Positions 33,025 to 44,337 of a stretch of DNA of 64,000 nt are shown one piece after another; within the stretch, counting starts at the first letter, position 1; the number at the start of each line of letters is the position of its first letter. This DNA comes from Pachysolen tannophilus NRRL Y-2460 (taxonomy: Eukaryota), in NCBI GenBank assembly GCA_001661245.1, contig KV454016.1:62001-126000 (forward strand), written 5' to 3'. The notes under the pieces are model-generated. The model saw only the letters and a program-made list of their open reading frames with translations. It searched no databases and was not told the origin of the DNA. A program made the translations under genes and the position numbers.

Positions 33025-35820
33025 CTATATATTCTTTTTATCCTTAGCCTTAACATCGCCATCATCACTCACATCGACATCACCCAATAAAATATTAGAT
33101 CCTACCTCAATAATAATAATAAATAAACTACTCAATATTCCGATGCAATAATTAGAAATTGTTAAACCAATGTCTAACCAACTTCCAGTGGTCTTTACCA
33201 AATAGAAAAAGTTCAAACTTAAAAGTTCCGATGTACTTATCAATAATGAACTTATTGAATAGTTAGCCAATTGTAATTTATGATTCATAATACCAATACC
33301 AACGGAAAGTAGCATATAAGGTATTATTAATTTAATCATTAGTAATGCGCCCATTAGAAATGGTGAAAAAATTGGTATTAATCTGTAAACCGATTCCAAT
33401 GAAAATGCACTAATTGAAGCAATATTACCTGTACCGAAAAATGCAATTTGTAAAAAGAAAAAATTGATAACAGATATTCTAACTAACTGAACATTATCTT
33501 GATTTTCAGTGACATCACTTTTAAACTTGCTTTCTAATAATATGAATTGATATATTAATAAGCTGAAAAAACAATAAAATCTGCTTTCAAATGATATTGT
33601 TAAAATATTGAAAATCGGAGCAAATGTTAAAAATAACATTAACATTTTCACTTTATAATTCTTTGGTATATTTAATCTCGAATGTTGTATAATTGGTAAT
33701 ATAATTAATGAATTTACAATGATACCCCAGTTTAAAAACTGTGTCACTTTAGAAAGACCTGTTTTAGCTTGTAAAGAAACCACTGCATCTGTAGTGGTTT
33801 TGATCGATGCAACTAATAGTAATATTTGTAAAATAATAGATCTTTTAAATGGAAAATATTCATGAGAATTGAAATTTTTTTGCAAACGAACATATCCAAC
33901 TATTGAAATAATTGTCATTAATAAACCACCTAAAATTATTTGAAATAAACTTTCTTCTTTAACAGCATCATAAGTAGTGAAAATACTCATATTAAAACAA
34001 GTAAAACCCCATAAAATTTTTTGAATAATTGAGATATTACTTCTTGTATTTAAAAACAATGGATAAAATGCTAATATGATAAACATTATTGTAAACACAT
34101 TTCTATCGAAAAACCCATAAACGGTACCTTCATAAAGTATTATAATTGATGAAATTATTAAAATTTTTTGGAAAAAAGATATATTTATGAAAAATAATCT
34201 TGTACCTTTTGTTAATTTTGAGAAATTACTAGTTATATTTTGGAAGAAATAAATTGGGAATAACAAGTACATGTAATAATTGAAAGGTGAATTTTGATAA
34301 TATAATAAACAACTTAATGAAGTTAGTAAAAATCCGAAAAATAAATAATTTAATAATGAAGTATTTGAATTTTTTTCATCTTTTAATATAAAATGTTGTA
34401 AAAAATTTAAAAATGAATAAATGATCCAACCAACAAATCCTAATGTGACAATACTTCTTAATAATAACCAATTATAAGTTGTTAAATAGTATAATCCATC
34501 TAAAGTAACTTTTATTAAAGATTTAACCAAATCTATAGCCAGAGCTTCATATTCTTTATTTCCTTCCTCTACAAAATTAATTAATTTTTCAATTTCCAGT
34601 TTCCGTTCTTCAATTGATATTTCAACAAATTTTGAATATGGTTTAAAATTCAATTGAGTTTTCATCAATTCTGCTTCTTTAACCAAATATTGTTCTAATA
34701 TAGCTTTTGCATTTTGATATAAAGATTTTAATTTTTGTTCTTCCGAAGTATCTAAATAATCTAATGGTAATTCACCTACTGAATTTGAAGCATAATTAAT
34801 TCCAATCAAATTTGAAATTAAAGATGCAATATCTGCTTGATTAACATCATTTCTCTTTATATGATGTAAATCCCAAGAATTTGTATAATCATCATAAATT
34901 GGATCATTTAAAATGACAGGTTTTTTAATACCACTTCCCCAACAAATTAAAGGTGTTCTTGTATTATTTGGATGACCATCACCATGAGATCCAAAAGCAC
35001 TCATACCATGATCTGCAGTGAAAATAAATGCACTATTATCATCTTGGAAAAAATCATGAATTTTAGGTATTAATTTTGATAATTCAGTATCTATATATTT
35101 TAAATTATCATAATATTCCAGTGAATAAGGTTTATAACTATGACCTGCTGTATCTAAACCTAATAAATGTAAGAAAAAAATATTTCCATCTTGTTTAATT
35201 TCTTTCATTAATTTAAAATCATTACTAGCATTATTAAAAAGTGAATATAAATGATCAAATACAAATTTATCCAATTCAATTGAAGATTTACTAAAATCTT
35301 CAAATTCATGACCATACATCCAAGTATCAATTTTATTTGAATCACTTGCTCCAGCTTTAAACATTGGTAAAATATCTGGTGAACCAAATGAATAAGTATG
35401 TGTTGATTGATTTAAAGTACTATCAAAATCAACAGGATTTTCTTTCCAACCTTTTGTTACAGCAGATACATCTTCATAAAAACCTGCAATCATAGCAACA
35501 TGACCTGGTCTAGATTCAGTTGGCATTCTGGTATGAGATATTCCATAAGTACCTTCATTAAGTACAATATTTCTTAAAAATGGAGCTAAAAATTCTTCTT
35601 TACCACTTGTTGGATGATGAATTAAATCAAAAGTTGTATCCGCCCTTAACCCATCTCCAACTATAAGAAATAACCTCTTAGCAGGTGCAGAATCCGTTGA
35701 TTTAAAATGTCTCATACCATGAACTAATGGCGATACAAAATAAATATCAAAAATCGACCATAAATAAAATAAATGAAATATAATCCCAATTACTAAAAAA
35801 ATTAACCTCTTTGAATTCAT
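33025..35820 (-). CDS. MCD4: GPI ethanolamine-phosphate transferase 1 (PIG-N)
   Basis: SIFDIYFVSP, GDGLRAD, SHTRMPTESRPGHVA, TADHGMS, FFGTGNIAS, GSWLDIG motifs. Confidence 0.96.
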   Translation of the reverse strand: MNSKRLIFLVIGIIFHLFYLWSIFDIYFVSPLVHGMRHFKSTDSAPAKRLFLIVGDGLRADTTFDLIHHPTSGKEEFLAPFLRNIVLNEGTYGISHTRMPTESRPGHVAMIAGFYEDVSAVTKGWKENPVDFDSTLNQSTHTYSFGSPDILPMFKAGASDSNKIDTWMYGHEFEDFSKSSIELDKFVFDHLYSLFNNASNDFKLMKEIKQDGNIFFLHLLGLDTAGHSYKPYSLEYYDNLKYIDTELSKLIPKIHDFFQDDNSAFIFTADHGMSAFGSHGDGHPNNTRTPLICWGSGIKKPVILNDPIYDDYTNSWDLHHIKRNDVNQADIASLISNLIGINYASNSVGELPLDYLDTSEEQKLKSLYQNAKAILEQYLVKEAELMKTQLNFKPYSKFVEISIEERKLEIEKLINFVEEGNKEYEALAIDLVKSLIKVTLDGLYYLTTYNWLLLRSIVTLGFVGWIIYSFLNFLQHFILKDEKNSNTSLLNYLFFGFLLTSLSCLLYYQNSPFNYYMYLLFPIYFFQNITSNFSKLTKGTRLFFINISFFQKILIISSIIILYEGTVYGFFDRNVFTIMFIILAFYPLFLNTRSNISIIQKILWGFTCFNMSIFTTYDAVKEESLFQIILGGLLMTIISIVGYVRLQKNFNSHEYFPFKRSIILQILLLVASIKTTTDAVVSLQAKTGLSKVTQFLNWGIIVNSLIILPIIQHSRLNIPKNYKVKMLMLFLTFAPIFNILTISFESRFYCFFSLLIYQFILLESKFKSDVTENQDNVQLVRISVINFFFLQIAFFGTGNIASISAFSLESVYRLIPIFSPFLMGALLMIKLIIPYMLLSVGIGIMNHKLQLANYSISSLLISTSELLSLNFFYLVKTTGSWLDIGLTISNYCIGILSSLFIIIIEVGSNILLGDVDVSDDGDVKAKDKKNI

Positions 35821-36024
35821 TCTTTATCCCACTTGTAATTCTTGATCTTTACTTTACAATTTAACTTAACCGCCATAGGGGGAAAAAAAAACACAATACT
35901 TCTTTTTAATTAATTAATTAATTATTTATTTATATATTTACTATTAAAAATAAAGCAAAAAAAAAAAGTTATTGATTGTTCAGTGATTATAAAAAAGAGT
36001 TTCCGTTTTAGGAAATAGGAAAGA

Positions 36025-36990
36025 TCATATGTTGTAGTCTTTTAATATACCTTTCATATGAGTATTTGTTAATTTAACTCTTCTTGGTTTTTTCAATTTC
36101 TTTGATTCTGTTCCTATTGGTTTTTTCTTTGTTAGAGGACCCATACTTGTTGGTTTTAAACCATTTTCATTTAATTTTATTTGTAAAGAATCACCTTCTG
36201 GTAATTTTATATGAGACCACATATTAACAAATTCTTCATCAATAAGACCAACTTCACCTCCTAAATTGGGGAAGACTAATCTTGCTGCATTTTCCTTTTT
36301 CTTTCTCAATACAATGACTTTATGTTGTTTTTCTAATTCATTTACAGAATCCATACATCCATTCCAACCATCTTTTAATTCTTTTATAGATATACCTTTA
36401 AAAATTGGTTGTGATCTTAAAAAACCAAGTAAATCTGCAGAAGATCTTATATTATGTAAAGACATATATTCAATCATTCCAGTATGTGGATCATATTTGA
36501 TTCTATCAATATTACTCAAAAGTGGGAGTAAATTAGTTGTAACATCAGCAGATAAATAATCTTCTAATTTAGATACAGGTATTGAATAATCTTGACTCTT
36601 GATAAATTCAACCGCCAAATGCAACTGTGTGGATAATTGTGATCCACTCACTGATAAAGTAGGTTTTTGTCTCTTATTACCATTACTATTACTATTACCA
36701 TTATTATTTAAATTATTGCCACTTCCAGAATGATAATTTTGTTCATCCACATTACCACTACTCCTTTTCAATGATTCCTGATGCTTTTTTATTGGTGATT
36801 TCGTCGATTTAGATCCTAAACTACCAGAATTAGCAACTCCCAATAATGATGTTGTTGTACTAGTACTTGCAGAAGGAACTGAATTTAAACTTGATGAACT
36901 TGCAGAAGAAACAACTCTTCGCTGAGAAGGTACACTAGAATTCTTGATCCGTTGCTTGAAATTACTCAACTGCTTCTCCAAATCAGACAT
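36025..36990 (-). CDS. TFA2: Transcription factor TFIIE beta subunit
   Basis: QLHLAVEFIK, FKGISIKELKDGW, IDEEFVNMW, KLTNTHMKGILKDY motifs. ATG at 36990. Confidence 0.92.
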   Translation of the reverse strand: MSDLEKQLSNFKQRIKNSSVPSQRRVVSSASSSSLNSVPSASTSTTTSLLGVANSGSLGSKSTKSPIKKHQESLKRSSGNVDEQNYHSGSGNNLNNNGNSNSNGNKRQKPTLSVSGSQLSTQLHLAVEFIKSQDYSIPVSKLEDYLSADVTTNLLPLLSNIDRIKYDPHTGMIEYMSLHNIRSSADLLGFLRSQPIFKGISIKELKDGWNGCMDSVNELEKQHKVIVLRKKKENAARLVFPNLGGEVGLIDEEFVNMWSHIKLPEGDSLQIKLNENGLKPTSMGPLTKKKPIGTESKKLKKPRRVKLTNTHMKGILKDYNI

Positions 36991-37195
36991 ATTACCCAAT
37001 AGAAATAAACCAAAAAAAAGGAAATAAATAAAAAAACCACCACCACAATAGTACCAAATAATACTTAATTATAATATATATTCAGTATTATCAACTGCTA
37101 CCTATTACCTTTATTTTCAACCTTTCTACTTTCCTACACTTCTACAGACCATTTTATTTTCACCTATTTTTTTGGCAGATTTGATTTTAAATATT

Positions 37196-37204
37196 TCACG
37201 TGAC
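37196..37204. promoter_or_regulatory. Cbf1-type E-box TCACGTGAC in the TFA2/snoRNA divergent promoter
   Basis: Exact motif; a second CACGTG lies about 35 bp downstream, and the same TCACGTGAC occurs at 41027-41035 upstream of MBA1. Confidence 0.55.
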
Positions 37205-37472
37205 AATTGTTTTACCGATCTATTTATTGACACGTGTTACTGTGCCTTTTTGCACGACAATTCTAGTATATTTGGCAGATATTGACGGATTTCACAGATT
37301 TGATTTATTTTGACAGATTTTTGAATAAAACACGGTAAAGTCACGGGCAAAAAAGAACGAAAAAAATTTTTTTTTTTAATAGAAAAAAATCGGTTTACGT
37401 ATACGTAATAAATTAGTTATTTGTTTTATTAACTAAATGAACATTTTTTTACAAATAGGAAAATATTTAAAA

Positions 37473-37739
37473 AAAAGGGGAACGTTTCCAATGATTTTAC
37501 TGACAGGTTTCAGTTATGCTTTATTTATTTTCCAAACTTCTGAGTAGTAACCATTTGTTGGAAGCTTTTCCCTTTTGTTCAAAGAGTAAAACTCTGAAAA
37601 AAAAAAAGATTTTTTAATTTTTTTTTTTTTAAAGAATTCAGCTTTAAAACCATCGCCGTTGTGAGGTTGCCGTCGTGGCTTACTGGTTACGAGTCTGGCT
37701 GATCCATGAAATGGTGATGACCTAAAGTCTGATACATTA
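37473..37739 (+). ncRNA. SNR42: H/ACA snoRNA guiding 25S rRNA pseudouridine-2975 (snR42 orthologue); 5' end approximate
   Basis: H box AAAGAA at 37631. The 3' hairpin has lower stem TCAGCTTT/AAAGTCTGA, pocket strands TAAAAC (37645-50) and ACCT (37720-23) complementary to 25S AGGU-U-A-GUUUUA, and upper stem CATCGCCGTT/AATGGTGATG. ACA at 37734 lies 14 nt from the pocket. A 5' hairpin spans 37473-37576. Confidence 0.85.
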
Positions 37740-38233
37740 TAATATACTCTTATATATATGAGTATGTTTGTTTGTGTGCTATTAGTTGTGAAGCGCCGAC
37801 ACTACCTTTTGTTTTTTTTTCTTTTACTCTTTGTATTATCTGAACTCCGAAAGTAATATATGGCCAAGCGAAAGTACGAATTTAAACATGCCTCTATGTA
37901 ATACTTGACTCCACAATCAGTATCATATCGGGTCATATATTATTATTATTACATTTGACTTGAAGAAGAAAGAAAAAAAAAATCATTCTTTGTCTTGCTT
38001 TTCCTATATTTCCCATAATTTCTTGCTTCGGCGAACAAATAATCTCGGAAACCTAAACACTAAAAAGTAACACTATTTTTTTATTTTTTTAATTTTCTTT
38101 TTTTATGCCTTATCGTAATACCAAAATAAATAATTGTGTGATTACTAGTTTCAAACTTACATATTAAAGTTTTTTCATGTTCCAGTATTTGAGACACATG
38201 ATAATCCTTTTGGACTCTAACTAATTATGGAGA

Positions 38234-38244
38234 CGGACAAATGG
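38234..38244. promoter_or_regulatory. Carbon-source response element (Cat8/Sip4-type) upstream of the JEN permease
   Basis: CGGACAAATGG is the reverse complement of CCATTTGTCCG, matching CCRTTNRNCCG. A Mig1-like GTGGGG with AT-rich flank lies at 38397-38402. Confidence 0.5.
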
Positions 38245-38937
38245 CCACAGTCTTAACTTTACTTTACTGTCTATTAATTTTTTAGAAAAAATCCGTGCAG
38301 TCGTGTAACGAGTAGCGAGTAATGACGAAAGAGGAAATTATTTCATAATAAGTTGGTTTATAAAACAATGGAAAAGGTGCATATATGTATTAATGTGTGG
38401 GGGAGAACAAACAATGTTACATTCATTAATACTGCAAAAAATGAATGAATTGTAATTGAAAAATATATATGATGTGATATACAAATAGGTAGAATCGGCA
38501 AATATTTAATCTTTATTTTTTTGCTTTCAATATAAGAAGTTAATTGTTATTTTTTTTTTTCGGGGGATTTTCTTTTTTCTTTTTTTTTTTTTTTCGACGT
38601 AAAAAGAAAAAAAAAGAAAGTTAATTTAAACGTACGTTTATGCAAGGTTTCGAATGACCTTTTTATGGGTTTTCCATCTATTATTACGCTTTCATTTAAT
38701 ATTCTGCTTGTATTTTATCAATCTAGTCTGGATGATTATATCCTGCAATAGGATAGATAGCATCATGCTGAATGCTATACTACTACTTTCTTGTAAAGAT
38801 ATTTCTTGAGAAATAAAAATTATAATAATGTATATAAATAAACGTAGGATGTACTCTTTTTTTAACATTATTTTTTTTTGGGTATTACAATTTTGTCTTG
38901 TAATAATAATAGAAAAACCAATTATAAGATTTTTACA

Positions 38938-40716
38938 ATGTCATCGACTCAATTTACAAATAATATAAATGATTCTTCTGACTTTCAAACGACTGCTAAC
39001 GAGCAAACAGTTTCTAGTCAGAATTCTGAAATAACTCAACAACATTCATTCATAGATGAAGCTAATACAAAAAATTTAAAAGAAAAATCAGAAGAAACAA
39101 GAATAGTAGCTGATTATGATGCACCTCCAGATCTTTCAATTAAAAATATTCGTCATTATTTTGCTACAAGATTTACTACTTTAATAGATTTACCAGATAC
39201 TGATATTAAAACTTTAAATCCAATACCAGAATTGAGAAAAATGAATTTTATTCAATGGAATTATTTTTTCCTTGGATTAGCTGCTTGGGCTAGTGCATCT
39301 TTTGATTTTTTTTGCACTTCAACAGCTGGTACTAAAATTGCAGCAGCTTTAGGTGTTTCTACTCAAAAAATTACTTGGGGTCTTTCAGTAGTTTTAATGT
39401 TAAGAAGTGCTGGTGCTGTTATATTTGGTGTTTGGACTGATAATTATAGTCGTAAATGGCCATTTATTGTATGTAATTTAATATTTGCAGGTGTACAAAT
39501 TGGTACAGGATTTGTTAAAACTTATCATCAATTTTTAGCGGTAAGAGCAGTTTCTGGTATTGCAATGGGTGGTGTTTATGGTTGTGCAGCTGCAACTGCA
39601 CTAGAAGATGCTCCTCCAGGAGCAAGATCTTTTTTAAGTGGATTTTTTTTCACTGGTTATGCATGGGGATTAATGTTAGCAATGATTTTTTATCGTGCTT
39701 TTGAATATACTTCAAAACCATGGCAAGCATTATTTTGGTTTTCAACTAGTATGCCAGTTATTATAATTTTATGGAGATTATGTTTACCAGAAACAAAATT
39801 TTTTACTGAATTAATAAAAGCTAAAAAAGAACATCAAGCTCAATTAATAAAACAAGGTAAATATAATGGAAAAAATTTTAAAGATAAATTAATAAGTTTT
39901 GAGCAAAAATTCCGTATTCATTGGCTTAGATTTATTTATTGCATATTATTATTAGCAGGTTTTAATTATCTTACTCATGGTTCTCAAGATTTATTAACAA
40001 CAATGGTTAGATCTCAACTTGGATTTTCTGAAAATGCAATTACAGTTATAGTTAGTATTTATTCATTAGGAGGTGTTGTTGGTTCTATATTTGTTGGACA
40101 AATGATGGAATTAACAGGAAGAAGATTGGCAATTATTATCTGTGCTATAATCGCAGGTGCTTTGGTATATCCAACTTATATGTTAAAAACAGAAGCTTCA
40201 ATCATGGCATCAGGTTTTTTCTTAAATTTTGTTGTAATGGGTGCTTGGGGTGTTATACCTCAACATTTAAATGAATTATGTCCTGCAGATGCAAGAGCTT
40301 TACTTTCAGGATTATCTTATCAATTAGGTAATCTTGCAGCATCACTGTCTCTGACTATAGAAACAGAAATTAGTAATTCTTTCCCATTAGAATATAATTC
40401 TCTGGGTAAGATAACAAAATATAATTATGGTAAAGTTATGACAGTTTTCACAGGTGCTGTATCAATTTATTTATTATGTATCACTTTTGTAGGTCCAGAA
40501 TTTTTCCATCGTGATTTAAGATCCACAGAAATGATAGAATTGGAACAATTCATGAAATCAGAAGATTTAGAAGAAACAACAACTTCAGGTTTAGCTGCTA
40601 CTTTAACAAATGGTACAGACCAAGATCCAAATATAGATATAGAAAAAAATAATTCTAGTCCTTATAACACAAAGAAAAATTCAAAAAATATCTTTAAAAA
40701 ATTTTTCCAAAAATGA
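38938..40716 (+). CDS. JEN1: Jen-family (sialate:H+ symporter family) carboxylate permease
   Basis: Signature NYLTHGSQDLLTT (NxxS/THxS/TQDxxxT), ATALEDAP, GLSYQLGN; 12 TM. ATG at 38938. JEN1 versus JEN2 not resolved. Confidence 0.85.
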   Translation: MSSTQFTNNINDSSDFQTTANEQTVSSQNSEITQQHSFIDEANTKNLKEKSEETRIVADYDAPPDLSIKNIRHYFATRFTTLIDLPDTDIKTLNPIPELRKMNFIQWNYFFLGLAAWASASFDFFCTSTAGTKIAAALGVSTQKITWGLSVVLMLRSAGAVIFGVWTDNYSRKWPFIVCNLIFAGVQIGTGFVKTYHQFLAVRAVSGIAMGGVYGCAAATALEDAPPGARSFLSGFFFTGYAWGLMLAMIFYRAFEYTSKPWQALFWFSTSMPVIIILWRLCLPETKFFTELIKAKKEHQAQLIKQGKYNGKNFKDKLISFEQKFRIHWLRFIYCILLLAGFNYLTHGSQDLLTTMVRSQLGFSENAITVIVSIYSLGGVVGSIFVGQMMELTGRRLAIIICAIIAGALVYPTYMLKTEASIMASGFFLNFVVMGAWGVIPQHLNELCPADARALLSGLSYQLGNLAASLSLTIETEISNSFPLEYNSLGKITKYNYGKVMTVFTGAVSIYLLCITFVGPEFFHRDLRSTEMIELEQFMKSEDLEETTTSGLAATLTNGTDQDPNIDIEKNNSSPYNTKKNSKNIFKKFFQK

Positions 40717-41212
40717 AATCAAAAAAATATTATTACTGATTATCATCAACTCAAAGGTTTTTATTTTTTAACTTTAGCCTTTGATTTTTAATTTATATAG
40801 TTATAACTAGTTTATCTTCTTTAATGATTAATATATATATGGTATAAAACATACTAAAAATTGTACCTTACAGCAGACTAACCATCCAATTTCCGTCGAA
40901 CCAAAAAAAAAAATCCAAAATCCCAAAGGTCGTTCACAATGTATCAGAAAAGAGAAATAAAAAAAATTCAGGTAGTGTTTTAATTTACTAAACTTTCCGT
41001 TTTGGGAATTTTCAAAAAATCAACAATCACGTGACTGAAATTTATAGCGAACAAAAAAAAAAAAATAAGAAAAATGAAGAAAACGCCCATGAAAAAACTG
41101 GCCCATACAAATTTATACCCAGGAAGAAGAACATAAGAGAACATAAGAGAAGAGAAGAGAAGAGAAGAAGAATACAGGTTTTTTTTTGAACGGTAAGGAG
41201 TTTGTTTTCACA

Positions 41213-42136
41213 ATGATTAGAGTAGTTTACAGAGGGTTTCCGTCAGTTAGGTCTGTTGGATCTGTTAGTGCAGTGAGGGTTTCTGTTGGTGGTGTAGGTA
41301 TTTTTAACAATAATATTTTATTTTCAAGTTCACCATCTTCATGTTCAGTTAGATTCAATTCAACAGAGAAAACTTCTTTATCATCTACAAAGTCAAAATC
41401 TTCCAATACTATAGGTAATCAACCAAGTATTACCAAGATAGGGATTCCTGCTAAGCTTTATATTCCTCCAAGGATTTCTCGTTTACCTAATCCTTTTTTA
41501 AATCCAGTAAGATTTATGAAATGTATTTTTAAAAGATTAGGATTAGTTGGATTAAATACTTTACAAGTGATTGATTTTAGGAAAGGAGGTCTTAAACCAG
41601 AATTTATCTTATGGAAAAATTTAGCTATTGAGAAATTTGTTCATGTTAATAAAGCTTTTGCACAAAGAAAATTACAAACTGTTAGAAGTGAATGTTCTAG
41701 TTTTGTATTTGATGCTTTAAAAAATAGATCAAAAACTTTACCAAAAGATGTTGAATTAGATTGGAAATTAATAAAATTTAATTCAAAACCAAAATTATTA
41801 AGTTTTTATCATTTCCCAACAACTGATGGTGCTACTCTTTGTTTACAAATTGTTTATAAATTTGATACAAAGCAAAGATTAGTTTTTGTTAAAAATGGTG
41901 AAACTACAAATCAAGATAAAGATTTAATAGAATATTTAGCTTTTAATGTCGATCCATATACAAAAGAAGTATGCATTGCTGGTTCTCTTTTCGAAAGTGG
42001 TATAGATGAAAAAATTAGTCCAGAAGCTAGTCCCTCACAAAGAACAGTTTTAAATAATATGGTTGAATTTGGTGATATATATAGAATAGAACCTCCAAGA
42101 GATTTACCAAAAAAAATTGAATCATCAAAAAACTAA
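41213..42136 (+). CDS. MBA1: Mitochondrial ribosome receptor Mba1 (Tim44-like)
   Basis: FILWKNLAIEKFVHVNKAFA, LDWKLIKFN, QIVYKFDTKQRL, GSLFES, GDIYR; mitochondrial presequence. Confidence 0.85.
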   Translation: MIRVVYRGFPSVRSVGSVSAVRVSVGGVGIFNNNILFSSSPSSCSVRFNSTEKTSLSSTKSKSSNTIGNQPSITKIGIPAKLYIPPRISRLPNPFLNPVRFMKCIFKRLGLVGLNTLQVIDFRKGGLKPEFILWKNLAIEKFVHVNKAFAQRKLQTVRSECSSFVFDALKNRSKTLPKDVELDWKLIKFNSKPKLLSFYHFPTTDGATLCLQIVYKFDTKQRLVFVKNGETTNQDKDLIEYLAFNVDPYTKEVCIAGSLFESGIDEKISPEASPSQRTVLNNMVEFGDIYRIEPPRDLPKKIESSKN

Positions 42137-42473
42137 AGTCAAAAAAAAAAAAAGATCAATAATTACGAAAACATGTATATATATATATTTTTTAATTAAT
42201 TTCATTTACCTGATTTTTGTAGATAAAATCTTCATTAAATAAACGTATTCAATCTACTAATACGACATTGCAAAACATAATATATACAGAACATAAACGG
42301 TGCTCATGTCGAATTTCATAATAAATGAGAGATGCGAAATGAAAGTTAACATGAAAAGAGAACAAAAAAAAAAAAAAAAAAATCCAAACAGTCATTTCTA
42401 AGCAAACAAAAGTGAAATAAAAGTAATAAAAAAAAAAACAATTTAACTTAACTTAAAGCATCAATCAAAAAAT

Positions 42474-43970
42474 TCAAGAGGTTGTTCCCTTTTGATCATC
42501 AGAGGTAGCTAATTTTGCAGCTTGTTGTTTTGCAACTTCTTCAGGACTTGGCATACCTTCAACTAACAATTTTTCCAAAGTAAATTTATTTTCAGATAAA
42601 AATTCTTTTTCTTTTTGTTTTTCTTCTTCTAATAATTTTTCACCATTTTCTTTTAAATATTTTTGAAATTGTAAATATTGTTTTTGTCCTTCTTCTCTAA
42701 TTATATCTAAAGGCATTTTTGGAATTGAACCTCTTTGTTGCAGAGTTGGTAATCCTAAAAATTTAGAAGCCCAATCACTTGAATTTGAAACTTGTTGTTC
42801 TTTAAATTCTTTTTCAAAATTTTTTCTTAATAAATTTTCTCTTTCTAAAAATTCTTCAGGAATTTTTTTCTTATCTTTAAAAGAATTTAAAATTGGTCTA
42901 ACATCAGAAAGTGGTTGAGTTGCTAAATATTCCAAGAATGGAATTAATTTAATTAATTTATCATCTGGTTTACCATCCCAAGGATCCATAGGAATAGCAT
43001 TTTCAGGTTGTAATGAATATGCTGCAGGGTCCACATCGACCAAAACCATTTTTTTCAAATCTCTATTCATAAGACTTAAATCTTTAATAACTTTCCCATC
43101 TTTATAACGACAAGATTCTTTAAATAAGGCAAATGAAACAAAAGCATGATATGGATCTAATTTTTGAATAGTTTTTTCACTATACATCATATAGTTGGAC
43201 GAAAATATAACAATTTCATAATATTGAGAAAGATAACCCAAAAAATAATCTAAACCTGGTCTTTTTGCAGTTTTCCAACCTTTTGAAGAACTCCATTCTG
43301 AATGAACTAATAAATCATCCAAAGTTAAAACTAAAGTTAAAGGTCTTCTATAAGGTTCTGGAGGAGGTGGTGGTAATAATTCTTCATATGCAGGTTCTGA
43401 AAATAAACTAAACACAGAATCAAATCTTTTTTTAAAACGATTAAACATTAATCCAGGAGTGTACCCATTCCCAGATTCATCATAAAATTCTTTTTCATCT
43501 TCTTCCCAATTTCTTGATAAATATAAAGTTCCACCTAAAATTGAACCAAAACTAACAATATAAAAAATATTTGCCCATCTTTCACGCTTCAAATCTGTTG
43601 ACGTCACATGCTTCCTCTTACTTTGTTGCCTTCTTTGTTGCTCATACTTGGATTTCAATTCCTCATTAAGTTCTGATTTTGAAGCTTCTTCAGCTGAACT
43701 AGAGCTAGAATTAGCACTGGAACCAGTACTTGAACCGTCCTTCTTAACTGGTTCATTCGTATCAACACCTGCCTTTGACAACAATTCATCATTCAAAATC
43801 GATTGATAGCCCGGTTTCTTCTTCTTCTCCTCATTGAAAAGAACCATCGAAGTATTATATAACCTTCTCGATGACGCACCAGTCAAACAGCGGTTAATTG
43901 ATAACCTACTACCACAACCGCCAACACTAAACTGTTTCAATGAACCTAATGAACCTCTAAGTAAACTCAT
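42474..43970 (-). CDS. TIM50: TIM23 complex receptor Tim50
   Basis: LLPPPPPEPYRRPLTLVLTLDDLLVHSEW, KRPGLDYFLGYLSQYYEIV, IKDLSLMNRDL motifs. Confidence 0.96.
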   Translation of the reverse strand: MSLLRGSLGSLKQFSVGGCGSRLSINRCLTGASSRRLYNTSMVLFNEEKKKKPGYQSILNDELLSKAGVDTNEPVKKDGSSTGSSANSSSSSAEEASKSELNEELKSKYEQQRRQQSKRKHVTSTDLKRERWANIFYIVSFGSILGGTLYLSRNWEEDEKEFYDESGNGYTPGLMFNRFKKRFDSVFSLFSEPAYEELLPPPPPEPYRRPLTLVLTLDDLLVHSEWSSSKGWKTAKRPGLDYFLGYLSQYYEIVIFSSNYMMYSEKTIQKLDPYHAFVSFALFKESCRYKDGKVIKDLSLMNRDLKKMVLVDVDPAAYSLQPENAIPMDPWDGKPDDKLIKLIPFLEYLATQPLSDVRPILNSFKDKKKIPEEFLERENLLRKNFEKEFKEQQVSNSSDWASKFLGLPTLQQRGSIPKMPLDIIREEGQKQYLQFQKYLKENGEKLLEEEKQKEKEFLSENKFTLEKLLVEGMPSPEEVAKQQAAKLATSDDQKGTTS

Positions 43971-44337
43971 TTTCCTTTTTTTCCCTTTCTTCTTACTTTC
44001 TTTCTTTCTCTCTCTTTTCTAAAATCTAATCTTTTAAAAGAAAAAACCCCGCTATCATAGATATAAATTCAAATATAAAGTATTAGCCTTTGTTTTAAAC
44101 AATTCTTTTTTTTATTTTTTTAACTATTTAATTGATTTACCGCTCATGATGGCAACTTTTTTTTGATGTTTTTTTCCCTCGCTCGATCACACTCAAAATT
44201 CGAAAAAAGCAAAAAAAAAATTCTCATCACAGAAAAAAAAGGTGGTCGTGTGGTTAAAACTCAAATTTGACCGTTTTGGAAAAGTTTTTCTATTAGTTGT
44301 TCGGTGCACTACCAAATACAGAGCTATATGTTGTTTT

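Noticed and set aside
37701..37733. C/D-box-like GTGATGA...CTGA
   Set aside because: The boxes are only 8 nt apart, and the same bases form the stems and pocket of the H/ACA hairpin.
44242..44312. tRNA-like start GGTGGTCGTGTGGTTAAAAC with a downstream GTTCGG
   Set aside because: The A and B boxes are degenerate, and I could not build an acceptor stem or cloverleaf.
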